This document shows, piece by piece, positions 38,388 through 47,534 of a DNA stretch of 64,000 nucleotides. Position 1 is the first letter of the stretch, and each line of letters starts with the position of its first letter. This stretch comes from a virus (lineage: Duplodnaviria > Caudoviricetes). The notes beneath the pieces are model-generated. The model was not told the origin of the DNA, ran no database searches, and saw only the letters and a list, made by a program, of their open reading frames with translations. The position numbers were made by a program, and so were the translations under genes. The stretch covers positions 1 through 64,000 of IMG/VR virus record IMGVR_UViG_3300011448_000001; one strand, 5' to 3'.

Positions 38388-38992
38388 TATTAGGAACACA
38401 TAATAGTTTAAGTTACGCTAAACCCACTAAATGGTGGATGAAATTTATTAATTTTACATCTAAATGTCAAGAATTAACAATAGAAGAACAATGGGAATGT
38501 GGAGTAAAATACTTTGATTTTAGATTATCTCCAAATAATTTAAATAAAGCTAGACACGGTCTTGTAGAATATGATGTAAACATAGATAAAGAACTTACTT
38601 TTCTAAACAATATGGCTAAAGAATATGATGAAAAAATATATGTAGCTATAAATTTAGAAGGAAGTGAAGATACTGCGATAGCTAAATACTTGTTTGAAGA
38701 TATAATCGCCGATTATACTAAAAAATATAAGTATTTGACTATATGTGGAGGATTTTGTAAGAATCCTTGGCATCAAATAGTAAAGATAGATAACCCACAA
38801 AAAGTAGAATTATATTGGGAATTTCTTAATTGGACAAGTGATGCGTGTTCGTTTAAAGAAAAAGTTAAAATGCTGATTACTAACATATTACATTTTTCTC
38901 CTAAGTATTGGGCAAAGAAAAACAATAATAAATGGAAGTCTACAGAATTAGCAGATAACACAATATTAGTATTAGATTTTGTAAATTTATGA
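38384..38992 (+). CDS. PI-PLC X-domain-like phosphodiesterase
   Basis: ILGTHNS...CQELTIEEQWECGVKYFDFR...HG is the PI-PLC catalytic signature. Confidence 0.75.
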   Translation: MILGTHNSLSYAKPTKWWMKFINFTSKCQELTIEEQWECGVKYFDFRLSPNNLNKARHGLVEYDVNIDKELTFLNNMAKEYDEKIYVAINLEGSEDTAIAKYLFEDIIADYTKKYKYLTICGGFCKNPWHQIVKIDNPQKVELYWEFLNWTSDACSFKEKVKMLITNILHFSPKYWAKKNNNKWKSTELADNTILVLDFVNL

Positions 38993-39459
38993 TAAACATT
39001 AATGATGGAGAGAAAAATCTAATTCTATATTATGCAGATTATATATCATTATAGCATGAAAATATACCTGTTACAGATTCTTGTAAGTACTTTTTTATAA
39101 AAGGATCACCATATAATATAGAATATATAGTAACACACGACATAGAAGTAGATTTTGATAATAAATATGTGAGAGAAGCATATAATAATTTACGAATGTT
39201 AAGTAACTGTTTTACTAAAAATGCTGCTGCTAAATTCTTATCAGATTTATGTGAAATACAAGCATGTGGAGTAGTTGATGCGGAACGTATGATATAGTAT
39301 ATATATCAATATGACAGAGATTTAAAGCATAAAGCATTTAAAAAATATAATAAATATATAAAATCTAAAAAATATACACATATAGTATCAGACGAAGATG
39401 GAAATAAAATAGAAAAAGAATGTACAAAATATATAGCACACGCTGAAAAATTGCGTTAA
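38989..39459 (+). CDS. Hypothetical protein, 156 aa, 2 TAGs (absent from ORF track)
   Basis: ATG overlaps the PLC stop (ATGA); open to TAA 39459 under code 15. Confidence 0.6.
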
Positions 39460-39543
39460 AGATGAACGTTTCTTAAACTGCTTAAATAAATTAAAGAAAG
39501 CTTAGAAATTCATACTAAAAAATATTAAAGATTATACATTATT

Positions 39544-39774
39544 ATGACAGGTAAAGAAATATAGAACTTAGTTATACTTGAAATAGTATCTACTAATCCA
39601 GACTACCCACATGATCCTATAGTATCTGATGAATCTGCAAGAAATGAGATATTTAAACGATATAAAGAAGGATTGTCTTGGGAAGAAGTATTTGAACCAA
39701 TACAAAACATAGAGCATAGAAACAGATATATAGATTTATTTAATAAAATAGATGAAGAAGGATTAACGTTATGA
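39544..39774 (+). CDS. Hypothetical protein, 76 aa, one TAG
   Basis: MTGKEI(Q)NLVILEIV...; stop overlaps the next ATG. Confidence 0.5.
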
Positions 39775-40430
39775 AAATAATAGAGAACAATATCATTCCT
39801 TTTAAAGGATTTGCAGCAATTAATTTATTTGGAGTACTATTTACTAGAAAAGGAGTAAAAATAAACGATACATTATTAAATCATGAGTCTATTCATACAG
39901 CACAAATGAAAGAATTATTATATGTACCGTTCTACTTATTGTACGGTTTAGAATATGTTTATAAACTATTTAAGCATAAATTTAATACGAACAAAGCATA
40001 TCGCAATATATCGTTTGAGAAAGAAGCATACGATAATCAATATAATCCTATATACTTAAAGATACGTAAACATTATGCTCAATGGTGTAAAAACGATATA
40101 AATATAAAGAAATAGGATTGGAATAATTATATAAAATATATTATTACTAGTAAACACGCAACATTAACTTTAGTAATAGATAAAGAAGATGAAAAATTTA
40201 AGTGTCCTTCTTATTTTTATAGTTTGTATGTTGACGATAATGAACGAAACAAAGGATATGCTGATGAAATATTAAACGTTGGAGAATTATTAGCACAACA
40301 ATATTCTAGTAAAGTATTTGTACAGATTGATGATAATATAAAATCATGGGCAATTGATTGGTATAAACGTAGAGGATATGTTGAAACAACAGTAGAAGAT
40401 AATAAAAACTGGTTAGTAAAAAAATTTTAA
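39771..40430 (+). CDS. HExxH domain + GNAT acetyltransferase-like read-through fusion (219 aa)
   Basis: ORF 39771..40115 (LLNHESIH) ends at TAG, in frame with ORF 40224..40430 (LYVDDNERNKGYA...WYKRRGY), with no intervening TAA, TGA or ATG. Confidence 0.55.
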
Positions 40431-41012
40431 TTTTTTTTTATTTTTTTTGTTATGTATACAGAAACACGAAATAGTATTAGTGAACCCCCGGGGTATACTA
40501 GGCGAGGGAAGGTACCCCCGGCAAAGTTCCTGAGTAAATATAAAAGTGAAAAATCAAACAGTGTGGCGTGACAATTAAAATCACACACTGCGTGTGTTAT
40601 GTTGGGGCAAGCATTTGCTTGCCTCTCTTTATGTTTGTACTTCTTCGTCAGTCCTCTAACACACGTAACTGTTATAATTGCTCGCAATAGTGCACAAATC
40701 CTTAAATTTAAAAGTATGCTTACACAATTCCAAGTAATTAGTTTAGCTGCGCAGTATATCTGCGAATAAGTTTATTGACGCTTTTGAAGAATGGCTTTCC
40801 TTACCTGCTATAAGTAGCGGTGACATAGATTTTCCAGATGACGAAAGTGGTTGTTCTGATGATGTCAATATTCCTTGGTAAACAGAACGACAGACTTTGC
40901 CTGCCTTCTGATAATCAAGTCATGTAAGATTGTTCTTTTTAGGAAGTCCTCTAACATACATTACTATTCTGATAATTCGCAATATTGCAATAACCCTTTA
41001 ATATTTACTAAA

Positions 41013-41204
41013 ATGACACAACCGTATTATTTCCTTAGCATGCGCACAAGTGGCGCGTTTGAAGTTAAATTAATTAGCTGTAAAACAATTACTGCTGAAC
41101 AAGCAAAACAGTGGTATGAGTATTACAGTAAAAGTGTAGCTGGTGATGTACGCATCGTAGTAGCTACTGAAATCGGAATGTCTCTTGGTTTATACAAATT
41201 CTAA
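41013..41204 (+). CDS. Small early hypothetical protein (63 aa)
   Basis: ATG after an A-rich leader; C-terminal part of track ORF 40875..41204. Confidence 0.5.
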   Translation: MTQPYYFLSMRTSGAFEVKLISCKTITAEQAKQWYEYYSKSVAGDVRIVVATEIGMSLGLYKF

Positions 41205-41264
41205 ATTTAGTACAGCCTTAATGGCTGTACTTTTAAATGTTTATTCACTTTAAAACATAAATAT

Positions 41265-41453
41265 ATGAAAAAATTACAATTTGCTTCATTCGCTGTATTA
41301 TTTATAGCACTTGCGTGTTTTGTTACAGCATCGTTATTCACAGGTATTATATTTGATGTTCTCATGTGGGCATGGAATATTCTCGGAATGTTAGGCATGA
41401 TTGGCATCCTTATCACTGCGCATCAAGAATATCGTGATATGCTTAAGCATTAA
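41265..41453 (+). CDS. Small two-TM membrane protein
   Basis: 62 aa with two hydrophobic stretches, followed by a hairpin. Confidence 0.55.
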   Translation: MKKLQFASFAVLFIALACFVTASLFTGIIFDVLMWAWNILGMLGMIGILITAHQEYRDMLKH

Positions 41454-41648
41454 GTGGAGAGGGCTTTTGCCCTTTCCTTTCTAACACACATTTTAAGCGT
41501 TCTAAACGCATAGAATAACAAGATCTTATAAGATATATACAATCTAGGATTGACTACAACAGAAGGCCTTAAAACAGCATTTACGCTGGTCCTCTAACAC
41601 ACTCTAACTCCTCGTACATAGCGCAATAGTGCAAAAATAACATAAATT

Positions 41649-41873
41649 ATGCTAAAAATGAAAGAAACAGTAGACAAAATTATTAATCTCATAAAAGATA
41701 ATAATTATGGGACTTGTGGCATCTTTGATACCGTTGTACCAAACGGAGATATAAAAGAAAGAGTCTTCAACGAAAACGGTGTTATGGTATATGTTTGTAA
41801 AGACTGGAAGTATATTGAAATCAAAGGATTGTCTGGTATAGATTTTAATAGAGTAAAAGACGAGACATTCTAA
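41649..41873 (+). CDS. Small early hypothetical protein (74 aa)
   Basis: Follows a promoter-motif copy; followed by a terminator-like hairpin at 41922-41954. Confidence 0.55.
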   Translation: MLKMKETVDKIINLIKDNNYGTCGIFDTVVPNGDIKERVFNENGVMVYVCKDWKYIEIKGLSGIDFNRVKDETF

Positions 41874-42236
41874 CACCAGAGTAAACTTTAATTATTCTAA
41901 GGGTTTTTATATTGCACTAGAAGGGCTACGCAGAAATGCGTATGCTCTTTTTTAGTAATACTCAAAAGTCACAAAAGAATAATAGGGTCTAGACTTTTAT
42001 AGTCTATTTAGGCAAGTCCTCTAACACACGTTAACGACCTTTTAGGAAGTCCTCTAACATACCATAACTTCTCTTAACAATCGCAGACATAGCGAAGAGA
42101 CTATGGTTGTGATTATAGTTGAGGAAGATAATTTCACATTATCATTTTTCCACAACTATTTTCGTTTTCTCTTCACGGCTACATATTAATATATAGCCAA
42201 ACAAACAAAAATTATAAACCCCCAAAACAAAACAAC

Positions 42237-42968
42237 ATGGAACAGATTATCAATGCTGCAGCCCTTGGTACATACATCACCACAGGAGCCGCATTAGGCA
42301 AAGGCACTTACAAAGATGCCAACAATCAAGATGTAAATTATAAGTTTGTAAAACTAGACGTACGTGACCAACGAGCGCCAAACGCACAACACCGTGCAAT
42401 GATGCTCTTCTGCTCGTCTTCCGATGAGATTGAAACTCTCTATGAAATGCTCAAAGAGCATATCAAACACGACGAAACAGGAAACGTACTCAAGGACCGC
42501 AGCGGATGCGCACTGGTTGATTGGCGTGACATACGGCTAAATCACAAAGAGCTATACCAAGAGCTCGTAGATGAAGGCTGGACACGCTGGGAAGGTATGC
42601 GCGTAGAAAATGTGCCTCTGCAGAAAGGAAACTGTTATCGCAACGACCGTCAAGGAAACATTATGAAGGACAAATACGGCAACCAAATTACCGCAAGCTC
42701 CATCAATATCCTAACTATGGTCAACTACATAGCCATGACAGAGAACGGACCAAAGACCTACTACATGGCTGGTTGGGACCCTGACTCTCAGCGCAATCAG
42801 ATGGAGCAGAGATTCTACCGCAACCCCTGCGTACAGGAAACTGCAATTCACGACGAACTGCCACCTGCACAACCAGCAACATCAGCACAGATTCCACCAA
42901 CCGCAGGAACCACAACACCGCCAATTCCAGCATCAGCGAACAAAGAAAACATTGACGATGAGTACTAA
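42237..42968 (+). CDS. Early hypothetical protein with Pro/Thr-rich acidic tail (243 aa)
   Basis: Long ORF with higher GC, downstream of tandem promoter motifs, followed by an 11-bp hairpin. Confidence 0.75.
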   Translation: MEQIINAAALGTYITTGAALGKGTYKDANNQDVNYKFVKLDVRDQRAPNAQHRAMMLFCSSSDEIETLYEMLKEHIKHDETGNVLKDRSGCALVDWRDIRLNHKELYQELVDEGWTRWEGMRVENVPLQKGNCYRNDRQGNIMKDKYGNQITASSINILTMVNYIAMTENGPKTYYMAGWDPDSQRNQMEQRFYRNPCVQETAIHDELPPAQPATSAQIPPTAGTTTPPIPASANKENIDDEY

Positions 42969-43092
42969 AAGACAGGGCTTGTACGCAAAAATGTACAAGC
43001 CCTTACCGAAACGAAACGTCATTTAGGATAATTACCATCTAGACATCTATCCTAAACAAAACAATAGTTATCAAAACAAAAACATTATCAAA

Positions 43093-43620
43093 ATGCAGAA
43101 AAAATGGATTGAAGAGCAAATAACGTTCATGAAACCTAATGCTCAAGACATCGTCAAATTTGCTCCATTAATTGATGAACTTATCGACAAAGTTAATATT
43201 AATAACACATATCGAAAAGCAGAAAAAAACGGAATAAATAAAGACGACGTAGAAATTGTGCGTACAAAAGAAGCAATATCACTACTTCAAGGTGAAAATC
43301 ATCATATAGATGAAAAATATATACTTGATACACTTATTGAACTCGGCTTCGTTGGTACTGGAATTATTGATTTACTTCCAGAAGGTTATCCTTATAAAAA
43401 TGGCAAAATTGTCACAATAGAGATAACAGATGCAGGACAAATACAACTAAAGATACAAGTCATAAAAGTAATAAAATCGTTTATTAAAGATTCGTCTTTA
43501 AAAGAAATAAACGATTTGTTACAAAACATGCCTGCAAAAATAACAAACGTTAAAAAAGACGAAGCAGAAGATTTCATACGACATTTAAAAGACGCAGGAG
43601 CAGAAGCACATATCTGTTAA
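43093..43620 (+). CDS. Protein with C-terminal ribosomal bL12 (L7/L12) CTD-like domain
   Basis: KIQVIKVIKSFIKDSSLKEINDLLQNMPAKITNVKKDEAEDFIRHLKDAGAEAHI parallels the L12 CTD pattern KIxVIKxVRExTGLGLKEAKDLVExAPxxxKEGVSKxEAExxKxxLEEAGAxVEV. Confidence 0.7.
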   Translation: MQKKWIEEQITFMKPNAQDIVKFAPLIDELIDKVNINNTYRKAEKNGINKDDVEIVRTKEAISLLQGENHHIDEKYILDTLIELGFVGTGIIDLLPEGYPYKNGKIVTIEITDAGQIQLKIQVIKVIKSFIKDSSLKEINDLLQNMPAKITNVKKDEAEDFIRHLKDAGAEAHIC

Positions 43621-43639
43621 CGATTAAAAAATTAAACAA

Positions 43640-44071
43640 ATGGAAAATAGAGATTTCATAGTTGTAATAGACGAAACAGAAGAATTACAACACAGATACG
43701 CAAGAAAAAGTCTAATGATTGTGTTAGACGAATATCTTCCACGCACAATAAAAGAAGAACAAAAAGAGATAATAAACAATCTTCCAATAAGAATACAAGG
43801 ATTATCAAAAAACGAAACAAGAACCCTAATAAAAGGTTTACGTAAAATAAAAGTTTCAACATCAATATATAATCCGGAAACAAAAAGTTGGGAAACCGAA
43901 AACAATAATAATTTGTTTAACTATAACGAAAACGACAAACAACAAATATTAATAGACACGGTAAAAACACTTATTAAAATAATAAATCATATGCCAACAA
44001 ATATTGCAGACTATTCATCTAAAGAACAAGATGTACTTGATACTTTTTTAGAATGTACAAAACAAAATTAA
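43640..44071 (+). CDS. Divergent bL12-CTD-like paralog at the N-terminus (143 aa)
   Basis: A 52-aa segment aligns without gaps to the CTD of 43093..43620. Confidence 0.5.
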   Translation: MENRDFIVVIDETEELQHRYARKSLMIVLDEYLPRTIKEEQKEIINNLPIRIQGLSKNETRTLIKGLRKIKVSTSIYNPETKSWETENNNNLFNYNENDKQQILIDTVKTLIKIINHMPTNIADYSSKEQDVLDTFLECTKQN

Positions 44072-44112
44072 ATTATAAGGGGGAGCTTGGACTCTCCCCC
44101 TTAAAAACTCAG

Positions 44113-44171
44113 CCAAGAAGAGTATAAAATAGTCACTGATGAGACTTGGACGAAACACAAATGTGTCTGAC
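44113..44171 (+). ncRNA. Type I hammerhead ribozyme
   Basis: Stem I GTCA/TGAC, core CTGATGA, minimal stem II G-C with loop ACTTGGA, GAAA, stem III CAC(A)/(T)GTG, cleavage triplet GTC (after 44167). Upstream CCAAG can pair with loop CTTGG. Confidence 0.8.
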
Positions 44172-44324
44172 GTGAATAGCCATATTTTTTATGATTATTT
44201 GTTTTTATTCATTCAAGGTTAGATTGTAGCATTGAATTGTAGTAAAATTCGTGAGAACTGTAGCTACATTATTTGGATTCGAAGACTCAAATGTAACCGT
44301 TCGTGAGAATAGTTACATTTATTT

Positions 44325-44408
44325 GCCTTTATGGCGGAATTGGTAGACGCGAGGGACTTAAAATCCCTTGTCCAGTTGGACGTGCAGGTTCGACTCCTGT
44401 TAGAGGCA
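44325..44408 (+). tRNA. tRNA-Leu (UAA)
   Basis: GCCTTTA...AGGGA CT-TAA-AA TCCCT, long variable arm, GCAGG TTCGACT CCTGT TAGAGGC A. Confidence 0.92.
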
Positions 44409-44742
44409 CAACTTGTTGAATTGTCGTAATTTTAAATTGTATTGACTGAAAAGTATACATACTTTCAGTAAACAGTGGCTTCGGATGAAAGACCGTGGCA
44501 TTTTCTTTATGCATTTTTTGTGAAGGGGTTTTTCGGTTTTCTTTAATCTTAAAGAAAATGGAAATAACTCTGACTGATATTAAAAAACTCAATAACATCC
44601 CAAGACGTTGAGGGCACCGGTTTCTTGTTTGTAGCACAGATTATCTACCTATATAGATTACATTAGATGTAAAAGCTATAATAAACAAGTTTTAGGTGTA
44701 AAACGCGAGTTAATTAACATTATAAACAAAAACATTATCAAA

Positions 44743-45150
44743 ATGAGAAAAAGAACATTTTGGCTATCGTACATAATAGCCATGTTTGTTGTCATTATGA
44801 CAATGACTAAATGTACACCAGCATTAGCAGCTAATAAGCCGCCATGCAAAATAGACACATGTTTGGTTAATACAGAAAGTATACAAGCTTTCTATATAAA
44901 GACCAATCAGTCTACTGGAAAAGAAAATCGTTTCATGATCTACAGCGATGCAGATCAAGGAATAGATGATCTAATTCCAATTGCTTCAAGTGTTTATGAA
45001 TACATTATGACATGTCATGCTACAAAAGTAGCACCACATCTCGGAATTGTGTTCAAAAACAACATACCGTCAAGAGTAATAAAATACAGAAAGATGGGCT
45101 GCAAACCACAAAAATTACCTGGAAAATTAATAATTTATAAAAAGAAATAA
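44743..45150 (+). CDS. Hypothetical protein with N-terminal TM/signal (135 aa)
   Basis: Preceded by ACATTATCAAA; hydrophobic N-terminus. Confidence 0.6.
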   Translation: MRKRTFWLSYIIAMFVVIMTMTKCTPALAANKPPCKIDTCLVNTESIQAFYIKTNQSTGKENRFMIYSDADQGIDDLIPIASSVYEYIMTCHATKVAPHLGIVFKNNIPSRVIKYRKMGCKPQKLPGKLIIYKKK

Positions 45151-45152
45151 CT

Positions 45153-46197
45153 ATGAAAAAGGTAATTTTAACAACAACAAGGTTAATAATGTTCATATTG
45201 TCAACCTGTGGAATAGCTTGTGGTGTTGTAACATCAATAATACTAATCATAAAAAGATTAGTTAGTGGTATTCCTTTTGACGAAAAAGAGATGATTGTAC
45301 TTTTCTTTACTTTATGTATTATATCTATATGGTATAACTACATAAAACTGTTCGACAAATACAAAGAATTAAAGGATGGAAAAAATAATTAAAGATTTAA
45401 TGGACATATTAAATGCTGTCCAAAACAAAAGTAAATCTGAATTGCAATTTCATCCTTTATCTGTTTGTGGTTCAGGTACGAAATCAATTTACTCGGTATC
45501 CATTCAAAATGGATATTGGGTAATTTATTCGTATAAAGAAAAGAAACAATACATAAGAAAAGTAGACTAACATGAAAGAAGCTATTAAAATCAAACCCAA
45601 AAGAGACTTTAATAAGTCATCTAAAGGTATTCCAGAAATAGCAAAAAAAGAGAATTATAGTATATTCTTCAAACACGATGGATGTACAATGACTCTCTTT
45701 TGCGGCTTAAGTATGGTAAATGCAAATATCCGGAAGTCCGCTCTGGAACGCATGTATAATGATTGGTGCGGACATTTTATAGTAACTAAAGGTAAAGCAA
45801 GACAAAAATGAATATCATAATTAGAAAAAGAGGCAAAACTCTAAATAAAACCGTAGTTCAAAGAGCTGTTGAAAAAACAGCATTACTATTCCAAATACTA
45901 ATATCTTTGGAATCAAAAAAGAACACTACTGTTTACACATATCAATCTTTTAACGAAGATTTACAAATGTGTTATGTTAGATATTCTACATTTTGCTCCA
46001 AGCATATAGAAAGAGAAAACAACAAATATGAAACAGTAGTTAATCTATTATTCCAATTGCTTGTTAAACAAAGTTTAAGGCCTCTTATAGTAGAAAAGAT
46101 AAATATCTCTCTTGAAGCATCAAAACTTATAAAAGAAATGAATCTTTCTAAAAGCTTAAAACCTGAAGTGATTTATAGAATAATTTATAATGTTTAA
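45153..46197 (+). CDS. Run of four small overlapping early ORFs (45153..45392 two-TM, 45376..45570, 45572..45811, 45808..46197)
   Basis: Tightly packed or overlapping start-stop junctions, TAA/TGA stops, no internal TAG. Confidence 0.55.
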
Positions 46198-46216
46198 TTT
46201 AAAAAATTTATCAAAA

Positions 46217-46681
46217 ATGAAAAAATCAATTTTTCTATTGTTGATGTCTTTTATAATGATGGCATCGACATCGTGTGAAAACCATCAAACTGCGTATGAC
46301 AACGGGTGGACTGAAGAAGATTCTGCCGTAGTACAAAACCTTATTGCTCAACAAACATCTCCTACGTTTGAGACAGCAGATGAGATTATTATGTTCCAAA
46401 ACGACAGTAAAAATGTCGATGAGGAAAAAGTAATCTTTTACAGCATGAGCCCTCAAATGATAGATAGAGTAGCAAAAGTAGCATTTGCTAAAACAGACAC
46501 AAAATTTATAACAATACACGATATTGTGTCTGAATATATTGCTAACTTTGATGTATACTCCAATTTAGTTGATCGGGGAGAAAAGAAACCTGATCCAGGA
46601 ATAGCTGTAGGAATACCACACGAACATCAGCAAGACACAAAAGACACAACGTCAACACAGATTACAAACCTAATTAAATAA
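46217..46681 (+). CDS. Putative lipoprotein
   Basis: MKKSIFLLLMSFIMMASTS-C-ENHQ: signal peptide II and lipobox-like Cys; start follows TTATCAAAA. Confidence 0.6.
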   Translation: MKKSIFLLLMSFIMMASTSCENHQTAYDNGWTEEDSAVVQNLIAQQTSPTFETADEIIMFQNDSKNVDEEKVIFYSMSPQMIDRVAKVAFAKTDTKFITIHDIVSEYIANFDVYSNLVDRGEKKPDPGIAVGIPHEHQQDTKDTTSTQITNLIK

Positions 46682-46688
46682 ACGCAAC

Positions 46689-47156
46689 ATGAAAGGAATA
46701 GTAATTCTGTGTAACACAAAGAAAGAGCTTACAGACAAGCTTATCTGTTCAATTGGTGAAACAATTGGAAAGAACATTAAACCTGATTCTTTTACTATTT
46801 CAGTACTATCTGAAGTAGAGGTAATAAATACAATCGCTAACGGTGGAATGTATTATAACCCACAACTTATAAAGAGTCAGAACGAACTGGAAACTTCAGT
46901 AGAATTTATTATAAGTTCTACAAAACCAGAAACTTCTCAGTTTGAAGAGAGAATCAACGGAATCTTCAGCAACATTTTGATCCGTGGAGAAAAAGGTTTA
47001 ACAAAAGAACAAGAACGTTTTGTTGAAGCTTTAAAAGTAATCATAAAACACTACGAAGATGGTGATTATGTATTACTTGCAAAGAGCAGACTTCTTGACA
47101 AAATGGATGTTCTCAAACGTATTTATGGTGTATTTAAAGCATACAATTATGTCTAG
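46689..47156 (+). CDS. Hypothetical protein (155 aa; TAG stop, TAA 10 codons later)
   Basis: Complete ORF in the early operon. Confidence 0.6.
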   Translation: MKGIVILCNTKKELTDKLICSIGETIGKNIKPDSFTISVLSEVEVINTIANGGMYYNPQLIKSQNELETSVEFIISSTKPETSQFEERINGIFSNILIRGEKGLTKEQERFVEALKVIIKHYEDGDYVLLAKSRLLDKMDVLKRIYGVFKAYNYV

Positions 47157-47233
47157 AACATACAAAGAAGTAAAACCTTACGCTAAATCTCACAGAAGAA
47201 GCGTAACTCCTTATAAACGAACAAAATATCAAT

Positions 47234-47506
47234 ATGAAGAAGACGAAGATTAACTGTTTTTCGTTTGATACAATAGAAACTTTCAATAATGGAAACAAAA
47301 TTGAAAAAATAGTTAAAACTCATAAATACCCTACAGCAAGAGAAGCGACAAAGGCACGAAATGCTTTTATTGCCCACACCCGCTGTAGGGATGGAGCAAA
47401 AAACAAAACTATAACGTATCAAACGTTTGATTACAAAACAGAAAAACTAAAAAAGGTAACAGTATCTATACCTAAATATAAAGTAGGTACACTCGAGAAC
47501 AATTAA
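47234..47506 (+). CDS. Small basic hypothetical protein
   Basis: Track ORF, 90 aa; start uncertain. Confidence 0.45.
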   Translation: MKKTKINCFSFDTIETFNNGNKIEKIVKTHKYPTAREATKARNAFIAHTRCRDGAKNKTITYQTFDYKTEKLKKVTVSIPKYKVGTLENN

Positions 47507-47534
47507 CATTTTTAACCAATTAAATCAATTAATT

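Larger units (their letters stand above)
40651..42062 (+). promoter_or_regulatory. Five copies of GTCCTCTAACAYAC (putative early promoters)
   Basis: Copies start at 40651, 40946, 41589, 42016 and 42049, all intergenic and upstream of plus-strand genes. Confidence 0.65.

Noticed and set aside
44329-44637. Minus-strand 102-aa ORF
   Set aside because: Antisense to tRNA-Leu; VPLTGVEPAR is the typical tRNA shadow. ORF 56358..56552 likewise shadows element D.
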